From positions 2,752,001-2,816,000 of the forward strand of contig OY762721.1 of the NCBI GenBank assembly GCA_963666345.1: a stretch of 64,000 bases of DNA, read 5' to 3'. Below the pieces are notes generated by a model that saw only the letters and a list, made by a program, of their open reading frames with translations, was not told the origin of the DNA and made no database searches. The position numbers and the translations under genes are program-made. This stretch comes from Desulfatiglandales bacterium (GTDB lineage Bacteria > Desulfobacterota > DSM-4660 > Desulfatiglandales > Desulfatiglandaceae). Numbering within the stretch: the first letter of the stretch is position 1; each line of letters starts with the position of its first letter. Of the stretch, positions 39,614 to 50,089 are shown piece after piece.

Positions 39614-40429
39614 TCATATATGACGCCTTATGCTTACCTTTATATCATGAGCCTCCTTTTTCTCCACTCCCGGCAGGTCGGATGCCCTTCCCTGATTTAC
39701 TGAAATCTCAAGAAAGCCTGAACTGCCTATGAGGGCGAGAGGTTTTCCTTTTTCGACGTCGCAATAGGTTTTTGAAAGACCCTGGATCTCTGTCGGACCG
39801 ATCCTTAAGACAGGCCTCTTTCCCCGCAGGAAGCCTTTCAGCATATCTTCTTTTATATCGGTAATAATGTTTCCGAACCTGTCGACCCTTACAGCCGCCC
39901 CATGGAGCTGTTCGCCGGTTTTTTCAGGAACGGCGGGTTCTGATACCACAGGGTCGTCAACAGGTTCTCCGAAATCAAGCGGGCTTGCTCCGATCGACAG
40001 ATGGGCGGCCGCAGGTGCGAAGATATCTCTGCCGTGAAAGGTGGAACTTACAGCGGGAAGGGTGTATTTCCTTTTTGTTATGGCCCTGATCGATATCTTT
40101 CCCAGACTTTGCGCTGCGGGCAGAAGTACCCCGTTATCCGGTCCCACAAAAAGATGCCCGCGCGCCTCTATGATTATCGGGCGCCTCTTCCCCCCGACAC
40201 CGGGATCGACTACAACCAGATGGATCGTGCCGGCCGGGAAAAACGGGACCGCCTCAAGCAGTATGGCAGAGGCCTCTGTGATGGAACCTGGTGCGATACC
40301 GTGACTTATGTCTGTAATGGATGCCTCGGGGTTTATGGAAAGGATAACGCCTTTCATTATTCCCACATAAGGGTCTGTAAGACCGAAATCGGTTGTAAGG
40401 GTTATTATGTTTGAGGCGTCTTTTCGCAT
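39614..40429 (-). CDS. SAM hydroxide adenosyltransferase / DUF62 (chlorinase-fluorinase family)
   Basis: LTTDFG, VVDPGVG, GPDNG, STFHGRDIF, DRFGN. Confidence 0.9.
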   Translation of the reverse strand: MRKDASNIITLTTDFGLTDPYVGIMKGVILSINPEASITDISHGIAPGSITEASAILLEAVPFFPAGTIHLVVVDPGVGGKRRPIIIEARGHLFVGPDNGVLLPAAQSLGKISIRAITKRKYTLPAVSSTFHGRDIFAPAAAHLSIGASPLDFGEPVDDPVVSEPAVPEKTGEQLHGAAVRVDRFGNIITDIKEDMLKGFLRGKRPVLRIGPTEIQGLSKTYCDVEKGKPLALIGSSGFLEISVNQGRASDLPGVEKKEAHDIKVSIRRHI

Positions 40430-40573
40430 TGGCCTGGCTTGGCAAGTATGAGAGCCATGTAAATGATTCTGGCATGGTTTGTCTGAAAATGATTTTACGG
40501 GACAAGAATATCCCGGAGTAGGCTTCAAGTCAATAAGAGGCTCTTAAAAGAGGATTCAAGGATTGAATGAAAT

Positions 40574-40602
40574 TTGACAGCCAACCTTCCATTGCGTAAT
40601 AT
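40574..40602 (+). promoter_or_regulatory. sigma70 promoter of the Fe-S oxidoreductase-etfBA operon
   Basis: TTGACA-N17-TAATAT. Confidence 0.6.
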
Positions 40603-40704
40603 CCCTGTGGCAGGTCGGCCTGCGGCACTCAAGGCCTGGAGACCGCAGTGCCGGAATAAACCGAAGCTTTCCCGGTCACGGCTTAAAGCCGGTGAGATTA
40701 GACT

Positions 40705-42702
40705 ATGATCCCTCAAAGAGAGCTGTTCTGGAATATCCAGGGGGTTTGGATATTCTATCTTCTTGTATCTGTATCCATCCTTATATTCGCAGCCGGTATG
40801 CTGGCCCGTGTTCTGTCCTGGGCAAGGGGCGGAAGAGGACTGAAGTATTCCTTCAGCCTCAACTGCCTTTCAGACCTCCTGCTCGACGTCTTTCTGGGCA
40901 GGCGCATTTTCCGGAACGATCCCGGTGCAGGCACATCTCACCTTCTGGTCTTATGGGGATTTCTGGGTCTTTTTGCCGGCACCTCCATGCTGATGGTGGA
41001 TCACTATCTCTATCACTGCCTTACCGGGCTAAGCTACCTGCTATTTTCTTTCTTGATGGAGCTGTTCGGTCTGATGCTTATATCGGGCCTTTGCTGGGGA
41101 CTTGTCAGGAGGTTTATCTTTAAGATAGGCCGTCTGGAAAAAAGATGGGCGGATCTGGTTGTACCGTTATGGCTTTTGGTCGCGGCCTTGTCGGGATTTC
41201 TTTTAGAGGGCAGCCGGATGGCCGCCCAGGAGCCCGCCTGGGGTGGCTGGTCATTCGCAGGACTTCTGACAAGTTATTTGTGGGGCGGTCACGACGCGGC
41301 ACTTAGTTCATACAGAATAATCTGGTGGGCGCATGCCCTGGTGAGCCTCGGGTTGATCGCTGCCCTGCCTTTCACGAAATTATTTCACATGCTCGCCTCC
41401 CCAACGGCACTGTACATGTCGGCCCTGCCTGAGGAGGCCTTTTTGCCGGAACAGACAGTGAAGGCAGGGCAGGCCCTTTCAAAGCGCGCCCTTGTCTTTC
41501 TGGATGCCTGCACGCGTTGCGGCCGCTGCACTGAAGTGTGCCCGTCGGCAGCCTCGGGAGAGGATTTTTCACCCCGCCGGTTTCTCTTATCAGCCAGGAA
41601 AAGAGAGGCCGTGAATTACGGAACCCTTCCGGCCGCCTTTCTGTTCGGAAAAAGAGATGTCCCGGCTGAATCGGGAGAGTCCATTTACAACCGGATCTGG
41701 AACTGTACGACCTGCGGCGCCTGCGCGGATGCGTGCCCTGCAGGAATCTCCACAATCGAGGTAATAAACTGCATAAGGTCGGAGGCGATAGAAGACGGAA
41801 CGGATGTGCCGCAGCTTCTTGCAAAGACCCTTGAAAGTCTGACAAAACATGACAATCCCTGGGGGGCGCACAGGAAGAAACGCTTTGAGTGGTCACAGGG
41901 CCTGTCGGTTCCATCCATTTCTGGTGCGAACCCGCCTGACGGGTTGTGCTATTTTGCGGGCTGTACCACCTCATTTGATACGCGCGCCCAGATGATCGCG
42001 CGCTCATTCGTGTCTATCCTCGATCAGGCGGGGGTAAATTTTTTCTGTATCGGCAAGGATGAGCCATGCTGCGGTGACATAGCCAGGAGGGTTGGAGAAG
42101 AGGGCCTTTTCCAATTCCAGATGGAGAACTGTGTCGAATTGTTTGAAAGATGGGATATCAGGGATCTGGTGACATCTTCCCCTCACTGTTTTAATAGCTT
42201 TAAAAACGATTACCCCCTTTACATGAGCCGTGACGACTCTCAAAAGGCCGGTTCCTTCAGGGTACGTCACTATACCCAGCTGCTTAAAGAGCTGCTGGAG
42301 CAAGGTAAAATCAGGTTCGAAAGATCCATCCCAAGCAGGGTCACCTTTCATGACCCATGCTATCTTGGAAGATATAACAACCTGTTCGATGCGCCGCGTG
42401 AGATCATTTCCGCGATACCTGGGGTCGAGATGGTCGAAATGGAACATTACGGAGCAGACAGCCTTTGCTGCGGAGGCGGAGGGGGCAGGATGTGGCAGGA
42501 GGATATGACATGCAAGGTCACAATCTCAGAGCGGAGGATAGCAGAGGCGGATGCGGCAGGTGCACAAATGGTCATAACGGCCTGTCCCCTTTGTCTCATC
42601 ACGCTTGAAGATGCCGTAAAGACGGCAGGGCTTGAACAGACCCTGAGGGTTCTTGATCTGAATGAACTAATACTGCTGGCCATGGGCAAAAGGGAAAAAT
42701 AA
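40705..42702 (+). CDS. membrane-bound HdrF/DUF224-like Fe-S oxidoreductase (ETF-linked)
   Basis: NarI-like transmembrane domain with His ligands, two CxxCxxCxxxCP motifs, two CCG domains (HDPCYLGR, CCGGGGG). Confidence 0.88.
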   Translation: MIPQRELFWNIQGVWIFYLLVSVSILIFAAGMLARVLSWARGGRGLKYSFSLNCLSDLLLDVFLGRRIFRNDPGAGTSHLLVLWGFLGLFAGTSMLMVDHYLYHCLTGLSYLLFSFLMELFGLMLISGLCWGLVRRFIFKIGRLEKRWADLVVPLWLLVAALSGFLLEGSRMAAQEPAWGGWSFAGLLTSYLWGGHDAALSSYRIIWWAHALVSLGLIAALPFTKLFHMLASPTALYMSALPEEAFLPEQTVKAGQALSKRALVFLDACTRCGRCTEVCPSAASGEDFSPRRFLLSARKREAVNYGTLPAAFLFGKRDVPAESGESIYNRIWNCTTCGACADACPAGISTIEVINCIRSEAIEDGTDVPQLLAKTLESLTKHDNPWGAHRKKRFEWSQGLSVPSISGANPPDGLCYFAGCTTSFDTRAQMIARSFVSILDQAGVNFFCIGKDEPCCGDIARRVGEEGLFQFQMENCVELFERWDIRDLVTSSPHCFNSFKNDYPLYMSRDDSQKAGSFRVRHYTQLLKELLEQGKIRFERSIPSRVTFHDPCYLGRYNNLFDAPREIISAIPGVEMVEMEHYGADSLCCGGGGGRMWQEDMTCKVTISERRIAEADAAGAQMVITACPLCLITLEDAVKTAGLEQTLRVLDLNELILLAMGKREK

Positions 42703-42715
42703 AGGGGCGAATATT

Positions 42716-43510
42716 ATGACCGACACTATTGTTTGCATAAAACAGGTGGCCGAGGTTGAAGATGCGGATATCGTTTTAAACGACGATAAAACCGGAGTCC
42801 TCAAGGATGATCTGGTAATGGGCATTAACGAGTGGGACAGCTACGCACTTGAGGAGGCAATAAGGATAAAGGAGTCATCCGGAGGAAAGGTGGTTGCACT
42901 GAGCCTTGGGGACGAAGATTGTCAGGATATCCTCAGAAGGGCCCTTGCAATGGGCGCTGATGAGGTTGTCCATATAGACAAAAACGGTTTTGAGGGATCG
43001 GATGCCGTGGGTGTGGCAAGGGGGCTGGCATCGGTCATCGGAAAGCGCCACTTTGATCTTCTGCTTACCGGGGTGCAGGGCTCGGATGACGGATGGGGAC
43101 AGGTGGGGATAATCCTGGCGGAAATTCTTGATCTTCCATTTGCCTCCCTCGTTGTAAGGCTTGAAAATCATGAAGATCATCTCACCGTGTACCGGGAACT
43201 GGAGTCAAACACGCAGCAGATAGTGGAATTGCCCCTGCCGGGGGTCGTGACCATACAGACCGGCATTAACATCCCTCGCTATGTATCGATTATGGGAATA
43301 AGAAGGACCCGGAACCTTCCAATCGCTGGGACAGGGGCCGGGCAACTGGGGCTTATGAACTCGGAGATAGGGACCGAGGGGTCTTGTGTTGAGTCAAGAC
43401 AGCTCTTTATCCCGAGTGACGAGGCAAACGCGGAGATGCTGGAGGGGACCCTGAGCGAGGTCTGCGAAAAGGCCCTCAGTATAATAAGGGAAAAGGGGGG
43501 AACAGATTAG
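42716..43510 (+). CDS. etfB: electron transfer flavoprotein beta subunit
   Basis: VCIKQV, NEWD.YALEEA, ALAMGADE, PRY. Confidence 0.92.
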   Translation: MTDTIVCIKQVAEVEDADIVLNDDKTGVLKDDLVMGINEWDSYALEEAIRIKESSGGKVVALSLGDEDCQDILRRALAMGADEVVHIDKNGFEGSDAVGVARGLASVIGKRHFDLLLTGVQGSDDGWGQVGIILAEILDLPFASLVVRLENHEDHLTVYRELESNTQQIVELPLPGVVTIQTGINIPRYVSIMGIRRTRNLPIAGTGAGQLGLMNSEIGTEGSCVESRQLFIPSDEANAEMLEGTLSEVCEKALSIIREKGGTD

Positions 43511-44482
43511 ATGAAAGACATACTTGTCCTTGCCGAGCATATGAGAGGCGGGTTGCGGGAGATAACCTATGAACTGCTTGATGCCGCGAATCAGCTGGCC
43601 GGGGAAAACGGTCTTTTGTCAACCGCGCTGCTGCTCTGCGGAAATGCCCAGGGGATGCCGGACGATCTTGGCCCCTTCTGCGATAAGGTGCTTGTCATGG
43701 AGCACCCTGAACTGGAAAACTACAATGCGGACCCCTATTGTAAAGCCCTTGAGCGGGTCATTTCTCTGAAAAGGCCTTTTCTCACCTTGATCGGTCATAC
43801 CGCAAACGGCATGGATCTCATCCCTTCCATTTCATACCGGCTCGGTATTCCGGCCGTGACCGATTGTCTGGAAATAGTGCTGAAAGGGGATAGGCTCGAA
43901 TGCATGAGACAGATATATGGAGGGAAAATCTTTGAGAGGATTCGTCTTAAAAATTCGGATCAATACATGCTGAGTCTAAGGCCGGGCGCTTCCGCAGGCA
44001 GGGGATTAGCAGGGAAGGAGGCTGAGCTTGAACATGTTCCGCCTCCCGACTGGGGTGGCCTCAGAGGCAGAAGGTTTATCTCCCTTTATGAGCCGGAGAT
44101 CGATGACGTGGATATATCAACGGCCGATGTTCTTGTCTCGGTGGGCCGCGGCATAGGAAAGCCTGAAAATATTGGGGTCGTAAAAGATCTTGTTGAAGCC
44201 CTGGGCGCTGTTCTTTCCTGTTCAAGGCCGGTTGCGGACAAGGGGTGGCTGCCCAAAAGCAGGCAGGTGGGGACATCCGGAAAGACAGTAAAACCGAAGG
44301 TATATGTCGCCCTCGGTATCAGCGGCGCATATCAGCATCAGGAAGGCATGAAAAATGCCGGAACCATCATCGCCGTTAACAAGGATCCACGGGCTCCGAT
44401 ATTCAAATTCGCCCACTACGGGATTGTTGCCGACATCATGAAAGCGGTCCCGCTGCTCAAGGAACTGCTGGATAAAAATTAG
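43511..44482 (+). CDS. etfA: electron transfer flavoprotein alpha subunit
   Basis: SRP, RQVGTSGKTVKP, GISGAYQH, AVNKD. Confidence 0.93.
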   Translation: MKDILVLAEHMRGGLREITYELLDAANQLAGENGLLSTALLLCGNAQGMPDDLGPFCDKVLVMEHPELENYNADPYCKALERVISLKRPFLTLIGHTANGMDLIPSISYRLGIPAVTDCLEIVLKGDRLECMRQIYGGKIFERIRLKNSDQYMLSLRPGASAGRGLAGKEAELEHVPPPDWGGLRGRRFISLYEPEIDDVDISTADVLVSVGRGIGKPENIGVVKDLVEALGAVLSCSRPVADKGWLPKSRQVGTSGKTVKPKVYVALGISGAYQHQEGMKNAGTIIAVNKDPRAPIFKFAHYGIVADIMKAVPLLKELLDKN

Positions 44483-44585
44483 CCGGAGGCGGGACCTTTT
44501 TCAATTTACAGAAAACCACCGTTAATCTATACTTTTTTAGGTTTCACTATTTACCCTTTTTATCCCTGCCAAGAGGAAATCTCCT

Positions 44586-47162
44586 ATGATACCTTTGACC
44601 AATCTCTTTAAATACTGGACTTTTCAGGTTTTTTCACCAGGGACGATTCTCAGGGAAAAGTATGAGGCCTTTAAGGCCCTGTTGAGGCATGATAAACGGG
44701 CCCATGAGCTCATGGCCGAGCTTGAGGAGATACATCACGACCGGATAAAGGTGGATTTCAGGGTAATCGAAGACAAGTATGCGGAGTTCGCCAGATCCGT
44801 GTCAGGGATGGTGGAGATGCTCTCAGTGATGCGACCCTCCCAGTATCTCAGCCTGAGAGACTATTTCAAGAAATTCGATTTCTATATCAAGTTTATGCTG
44901 GCCCCTCCGGACTATGACTTTGCTCCTCCCTTTTCAATGGGGCTAAAGGATATATCAGAAAAGGACAAAGATGTCGTGGGAGGCAAGGCCTATAACCTGT
45001 CGGCCATAGGCAGGGACCTCGATATTGCCGTCCCCAGAGGGTTTGTGGTAACGACCAATGCATTTTACTATTTCATCGAATATAACAACCTGAGAAGGCT
45101 GATAGATGACAGGCTCAAGGGCCTGGATATCTCCTCTTCCTCCTCCATTGATTCCGTCTCGAAAGAACTGAGTGAAGCGATCACGAGCGCCCGGATGCCT
45201 CCTGATATTGAAGTGGCGATATCGGAGTCTTTCCGTACTGTTTTTGGAAGTGAAAATGAGACCCTGGGTTTTGCCGTAAGAAGCAGTGCGGTAGGAGAGG
45301 ACGGCAAGGCATCATTTGCCGGTCAGTACAGGACCGTTTTAAACGTGAGTCATGACGGGATAGTGGATGCCTATAAAAAGGTAATCGCAAGCAAATATGG
45401 CCAGCAGGCCCTTTATTACAGAGTAAATTACGGACTGTCTGATCTTGAAACGCCCATGGCGGTGTTAGTCCTTGAAATGATAGAGGCGTCATCCAGCGGC
45501 GTTATCTACACCAGGGACTTTGAAGACCCTGAAACGAGTAACATTGTTATACATTCGATATGGGGTTTAGGAGAGCTCCTGGTAGGCGGAGACCTGTCAC
45601 CGGATATCATAAAGGTGAAAAAGGGTGAGAAACCGGAGATCAGGGAAAGAAACATAGGCAGCAAGCAATCGGTTATGCCCTATTCGGCGGACAATTCCAC
45701 CGAGATTTTCCAGCTTAATGAGCAATTACGTGGGGTCAGCTCCCTTGTCGATGCCTCAGCCCTGAAGCTGGGTGAATGGGGGAGTATCCTGGAAAAATAT
45801 TTCGGGGAGCCCCAGGATATAGAGTGGTGCGGTGACACAAAGGGTCATCTGTATATCGTCCAGTCAAGGCCTCTCAGATGGGAGGATGAAGGCGGGGATT
45901 CAATCCGTCAGGAACCGGTCGTCATAGAGGAGGCTCCGATCATCTCAGGCGGGGAAAGGGCCTCCGGCGGTGCCGGGGCAGGAAAGGTGTTCAAGATCGA
46001 ACAGGAATCCGATCTGCTTGACTTTCCTCAGGGCGGGGTGTTGGTGGCAAAAAACGCCTCCCCCACATATGTGAAGATCATGGACAGACTGAGTGCGGTT
46101 GTAACCGACACGGGCAGCAGGGCGGGTCATTTTTCCTCCGTGGCAAGGGAATTCGGTGTGCCGGCCCTGGTAAACATGAAGACGGCGACCGGGAGTCTTT
46201 CCCCGGGGCAGGAGGTTACGGTTGATGCGGATGTAAGGGCCGTATACAATGGAATTATCGAACCATTGATCGAGAAGGCCCGTTCCAGAAAAAATCTTAT
46301 CTCGGACAGCCCGTTTGCAAGAAAACTTGAATACATTATGAGTTTTATTTCACCTCTGAGGCTCGTTGATCCCCTCTCCGATATCTTCGTCCCTGAGGGA
46401 GTCAGGTCTCTGCACGATATATTGCGGTTCTGTCACGAGAAGGCAGTTGAGGTGATGTTCCACCTTGGCGACAGAAAGCTCGGGAGAAAGGGGGGGGCAA
46501 AAAAACTTGTTTCAGATATCCCCATGCTGTTTTATGTGCTTGACGTGGGAGAGGGAATAAGTGAAGGGGCCGCAACCGGTAACACGGTCAGGATCGAAGA
46601 CATCGTAAGCATACCCATGACGCAGGTCTTTAAGGGATTGAATCATCCGGATATCCACTGGTCTCATTTCACGCATTTTGACTGGGCCGAATATGACAGG
46701 ATCGTAATGAGCGGAGGTATCGTAAGCGCGGATTCCGCGATGTTTGCCAGCTATGCGGTGGTGTCTAAGGAATACTTCAACCTCAATCTGCGCTTCGGTT
46801 ATCATTTCGTGATCATAGACAGCATGTGCGGAGAAGATGCCTCTGGCAACTATATCCTCTTCAGATTCTCAGGCGGGGGGGCTGATATGGAAAAAAGGAC
46901 CTTGAGGGCGATGTTTCTAAAGGGGGTCCTGGAGAGACTCGGATTCGAGGTTGAAAAGAAATCGGATCTGATAGACGGTCAGCTGAACGGCAGGGAAAAA
47001 GATGAAATGGAACATATCCTTGACATTATAGGCAGGCTTCTGGGGGCAACGAGACTCATGGATATGTATCTGAAGGATATCGATATGGCAAAGGATTATG
47101 TGGATGAGTTCATGCAGGGAAGGTACCGCTTTGAATCGGTACAGGAGGATGCCGAGGGATGA
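44586..47162 (+). CDS. PEP-synthase/PPDK-like protein (ATP-binding plus phospho-His domains, no recognisable pyruvate-binding barrel)
   Basis: VGGKA, AVRSSA.GED..SFAGQY, PQDIEW, QSRPL, GSRAGHFSSVAREFGVPA. Confidence 0.85.
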   Translation: MIPLTNLFKYWTFQVFSPGTILREKYEAFKALLRHDKRAHELMAELEEIHHDRIKVDFRVIEDKYAEFARSVSGMVEMLSVMRPSQYLSLRDYFKKFDFYIKFMLAPPDYDFAPPFSMGLKDISEKDKDVVGGKAYNLSAIGRDLDIAVPRGFVVTTNAFYYFIEYNNLRRLIDDRLKGLDISSSSSIDSVSKELSEAITSARMPPDIEVAISESFRTVFGSENETLGFAVRSSAVGEDGKASFAGQYRTVLNVSHDGIVDAYKKVIASKYGQQALYYRVNYGLSDLETPMAVLVLEMIEASSSGVIYTRDFEDPETSNIVIHSIWGLGELLVGGDLSPDIIKVKKGEKPEIRERNIGSKQSVMPYSADNSTEIFQLNEQLRGVSSLVDASALKLGEWGSILEKYFGEPQDIEWCGDTKGHLYIVQSRPLRWEDEGGDSIRQEPVVIEEAPIISGGERASGGAGAGKVFKIEQESDLLDFPQGGVLVAKNASPTYVKIMDRLSAVVTDTGSRAGHFSSVAREFGVPALVNMKTATGSLSPGQEVTVDADVRAVYNGIIEPLIEKARSRKNLISDSPFARKLEYIMSFISPLRLVDPLSDIFVPEGVRSLHDILRFCHEKAVEVMFHLGDRKLGRKGGAKKLVSDIPMLFYVLDVGEGISEGAATGNTVRIEDIVSIPMTQVFKGLNHPDIHWSHFTHFDWAEYDRIVMSGGIVSADSAMFASYAVVSKEYFNLNLRFGYHFVIIDSMCGEDASGNYILFRFSGGGADMEKRTLRAMFLKGVLERLGFEVEKKSDLIDGQLNGREKDEMEHILDIIGRLLGATRLMDMYLKDIDMAKDYVDEFMQGRYRFESVQEDAEG

Positions 47163-47239
47163 GGCGATCATAAGTTGTCAAAACTGATTTTGAAACCCGG
47201 TTATAAACATCAGCCTAATTCTGGGCATGAGAAAACAAT

Positions 47240-48322
47240 ATGTCAGGTTATGATCTTACATGGGTTACAAAGGATCTGGCTGTGGGTTATGCGCCGATGT
47301 CCTATGCCGACCTTGAGGATATAAGGGCAGAGGGTGTAGATGCCATAGTAAACCTCTGCGCCGAATTCTGCGACCTTCATGAAATTGAGGAAAAAAGCGG
47401 TTTTGAGGTCTATTATCTGCCCATACCGGATGAGTGCGCTCCCGATATGGAGGAGATAGAAAAGGCGCTTGACTGGCTTGACGAGGCCATCTATGTGGGC
47501 AAGAAAGTGCTTGTTCACTGCCGGTTCGGCATAGGCAGAACAGGTACGTTTGTCACTTCATATCTGATAAGAAAGGGGCTGGGCCTGAAGGTGGCTTCGA
47601 AAAGGCTGAAACATACCCGTTCAGCTCCGTCAAGCTACAGCCAGTGGAAACTCCTCAGGGCATATGGAAAAAAATCGGGCAGACTGAAGATAAGAGAGCC
47701 TTCTCTTGAAAGCAACAATGTAGTTGATCTGGGGGATTATTTTTCAGAATATGAGGCCCTTGTAAAAAAGATCGAAGAGGAGATAAAGGGTTTCGAAGAT
47801 TCAAACGGTGCATTTCAAAGATGCGGTCTGGACAGGGATGATTGCTGTTACAGATACTTCGAACTTCCGTTCATAGAAGTCATATACATACACAACAAGA
47901 TGAACCGCGCCCTTACGAGCGGGCAGCGCAAACTGCTTATCCAGAGGACGGTTGAGGTCAGAAAAAAGGCCAGGTCACTCAGGGGCCGTATAACCTACAA
48001 AGGGGATGATCCTTTAAAGAGAAAGTTGGCGAAAAACATTGTCTACGGCCAGGAAAAGATCCTTTGTCCTCTCAGCAGGGATTCCAGGTGTACACTTTTT
48101 GAATTCAGGCCTATAGGTTGCAGGCTGCACGGTCTGAAAGAGGGAGTGGTTGACAGAATGGAGGTGAAAAAGACCCTCTTTGAGATTTCAAGGCATGTCT
48201 TTTTTGCCTTCTGCGGGGTATTCCTGGAAGAGGGGACTTTCAATTTTACACCGGCGGATACTGTTTCGGGCCGCTTTATACAGAAATATTTTTATTATCT
48301 CGCCTCTATCGCTGAAGATTAA
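47240..48322 (+). CDS. dual-specificity (CX5R) phosphatase fused to a YkgJ-like Cys-cluster domain
   Basis: HCRFGIGRTG; C-terminal C..DDCC...CPL....C....RPIGCR. Confidence 0.85.
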   Translation: MSGYDLTWVTKDLAVGYAPMSYADLEDIRAEGVDAIVNLCAEFCDLHEIEEKSGFEVYYLPIPDECAPDMEEIEKALDWLDEAIYVGKKVLVHCRFGIGRTGTFVTSYLIRKGLGLKVASKRLKHTRSAPSSYSQWKLLRAYGKKSGRLKIREPSLESNNVVDLGDYFSEYEALVKKIEEEIKGFEDSNGAFQRCGLDRDDCCYRYFELPFIEVIYIHNKMNRALTSGQRKLLIQRTVEVRKKARSLRGRITYKGDDPLKRKLAKNIVYGQEKILCPLSRDSRCTLFEFRPIGCRLHGLKEGVVDRMEVKKTLFEISRHVFFAFCGVFLEEGTFNFTPADTVSGRFIQKYFYYLASIAED

Positions 48323-48464
48323 AGGCCTTGTGAAAGGTCCAGTTGCCGTTCAAGTGGTTCACGGCATTTGAGCCTTTTACTGTAAGGGGTGAATTCTGAA
48401 TTCTATGGATGCGCAAGGATCGGACGGGTGTATTACTCCTGCAGGCCTTTAATTTATCCCGCAA

Positions 48465-48836
48465 TTATTGTCGCGTGTTATTTCCAAGTACCTTTTCGAC
48501 CTTTTCTTCAAGCTCATCCTTGTCGATCGGTTTCACACAGTAATCCACGGCACCAAGTTTTTGGGATTCCCTTGCCGTTTCAAGAGTCGGATAACCGGTA
48601 AGCATAAGTGCCTTGGTAGCGGGTGAGGCCTTTCTGATCTCTTCCAGCACCTCGATGCCCGTCATTTTTTTCAGCTTTATATCCAGTATGGCAAGATCCG
48701 GTTTGTTTGATTTTACATAATCGAGGGCCTCTTCCTCCTCGGTGAACGCTATGACTTCGTAGCCCTTCTTTTCCAATATCTTCTTTACAAGTATCCCTGC
48801 ATCCATTACATCATCAAGCACAATTACCTTGGACAT
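48465..48836 (-). CDS. single-domain response regulator
   Basis: LDD, ILDIKL (phospho-Asp), MLTGY, VKP. Confidence 0.92.
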   Translation of the reverse strand: MSKVIVLDDVMDAGILVKKILEKKGYEVIAFTEEEEALDYVKSNKPDLAILDIKLKKMTGIEVLEEIRKASPATKALMLTGYPTLETARESQKLGAVDYCVKPIDKDELEEKVEKVLGNNTRQ

Positions 48837-48839
48837 ATA

Positions 48840-50009
48840 CTACTCCTTGGGGGTGTTTTCCGGGTTCTCATCAGAAAAGGGAAGCCTTATGATAAAAAGG
48901 GTTCCTTTTGCCTCAAGATCCTCTTCTCCTCCCCTTGACCATGGAGGACTCTGAACTTCGATCCTTCCGCCTAATTCCTGTATTATGCTGAATGAAACCG
49001 ACAGGCCCAGACCGGTACCGCTGCCTACCGATTTGGTGGTAAAGAAGGGGTCAAAAATTCGATCAAGAATGTCGGGAGATATCCCAGCTCCCGTATCTGA
49101 TACGCTGATTTCAACCTCTTTATTATCCCTTCTTATTTCGGTCCCTACGGTTATGGCGCCTTTCCCGTCAATGGCATCCCGCGCGTTGCTCAAAAGATTC
49201 ATGAGGACCTGTTTCAATTTGTCCCTGTCAGCCCTTATAAAAATCTCCTCACGGCTGTAGCGCTTTTTTACGACAACGTTTTCCTGATCAAACAGGTGCT
49301 CAACAACGGAAACCACCTCTTCTATCGTCTGATTGAGATCTATCAGGGCGAGATTGCTCTCGGTCTGGCGGGAAAATCTGAGCAGGTCCGCAACAATCTT
49401 TCTGCAGATCTTGGCCTGATTTTCAATAACCTCAAGCCCCTCGTATATCGTGTCCCTTTTCCCGGCTTCTTCCTTAAGAAGCTGTGAATAACCGAGTATG
49501 ATACCCAGAGGCGTGTTTATTTCATGCGCAATACCGGCCGCAAGCGGTCCCATGGATTCCAGCTTCTGCAACTGTACGAGTCTGGATTTAAGGAGTTTGA
49601 ATTCAGTGATGTCTCTCAGCCGCCATAAGACTGCCGCCGCGCCCTCTTTGGTTTCATAAACAGGCCTTCCGAGAATATGCCACGATCTTTTATTGCCGGA
49701 GATTTCGAGTTCTTCTTCATCCTCTGCGGGCAGGCCGGTATCTAAAACCTTTCTGCTTTCTCTTTCAACCTTTTCAGCGAGCTTTTCCGGTATAAGCTTC
49801 TCCAGTGTCTTATCAAGGGCATCTTCCCGTTGTATGGAAAAAAAACCGCGGAAGGCCTCATTTGCATATCTACAGGATAACTGCTTATCAAGTATCAAAA
49901 AAAGATCATCAGAGTCATTGAGCAGGCTCCCTAAAAGCGGATCTTTTTTTTCAATCCCGGTAAAGGGGTTTTTATCCCCTTTTGTCATTTTTACCTTCTG
50001 ATCTTTCAT
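48840..50009 (-). CDS. cytoplasmic PAS-domain histidine kinase (NtrB-like)
   Basis: AHEINTPL H-box; N, G1 and G2 boxes, DPFFTTK; start at MKDQK after AAGGA. Confidence 0.9.
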   Translation of the reverse strand: MKDQKVKMTKGDKNPFTGIEKKDPLLGSLLNDSDDLFLILDKQLSCRYANEAFRGFFSIQREDALDKTLEKLIPEKLAEKVERESRKVLDTGLPAEDEEELEISGNKRSWHILGRPVYETKEGAAAVLWRLRDITEFKLLKSRLVQLQKLESMGPLAAGIAHEINTPLGIILGYSQLLKEEAGKRDTIYEGLEVIENQAKICRKIVADLLRFSRQTESNLALIDLNQTIEEVVSVVEHLFDQENVVVKKRYSREEIFIRADRDKLKQVLMNLLSNARDAIDGKGAITVGTEIRRDNKEVEISVSDTGAGISPDILDRIFDPFFTTKSVGSGTGLGLSVSFSIIQELGGRIEVQSPPWSRGGEEDLEAKGTLFIIRLPFSDENPENTPKE

Positions 50010-50089
50010 GGTCCTTATGATAAAGGCGCGATAAGACTCTGTTCGGTAAAACGGCCTTTTTAATGATGGCGGCTTCGTAAAAAGACCGG

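Noticed and set aside
39614..40429. Halogenase (fluorinase or chlorinase) pathway
   Set aside because: The Asp/His/Arg motifs (TDFG, FHGRD) fit the common DUF62 SAM hydrolase, and there is no biosynthetic context
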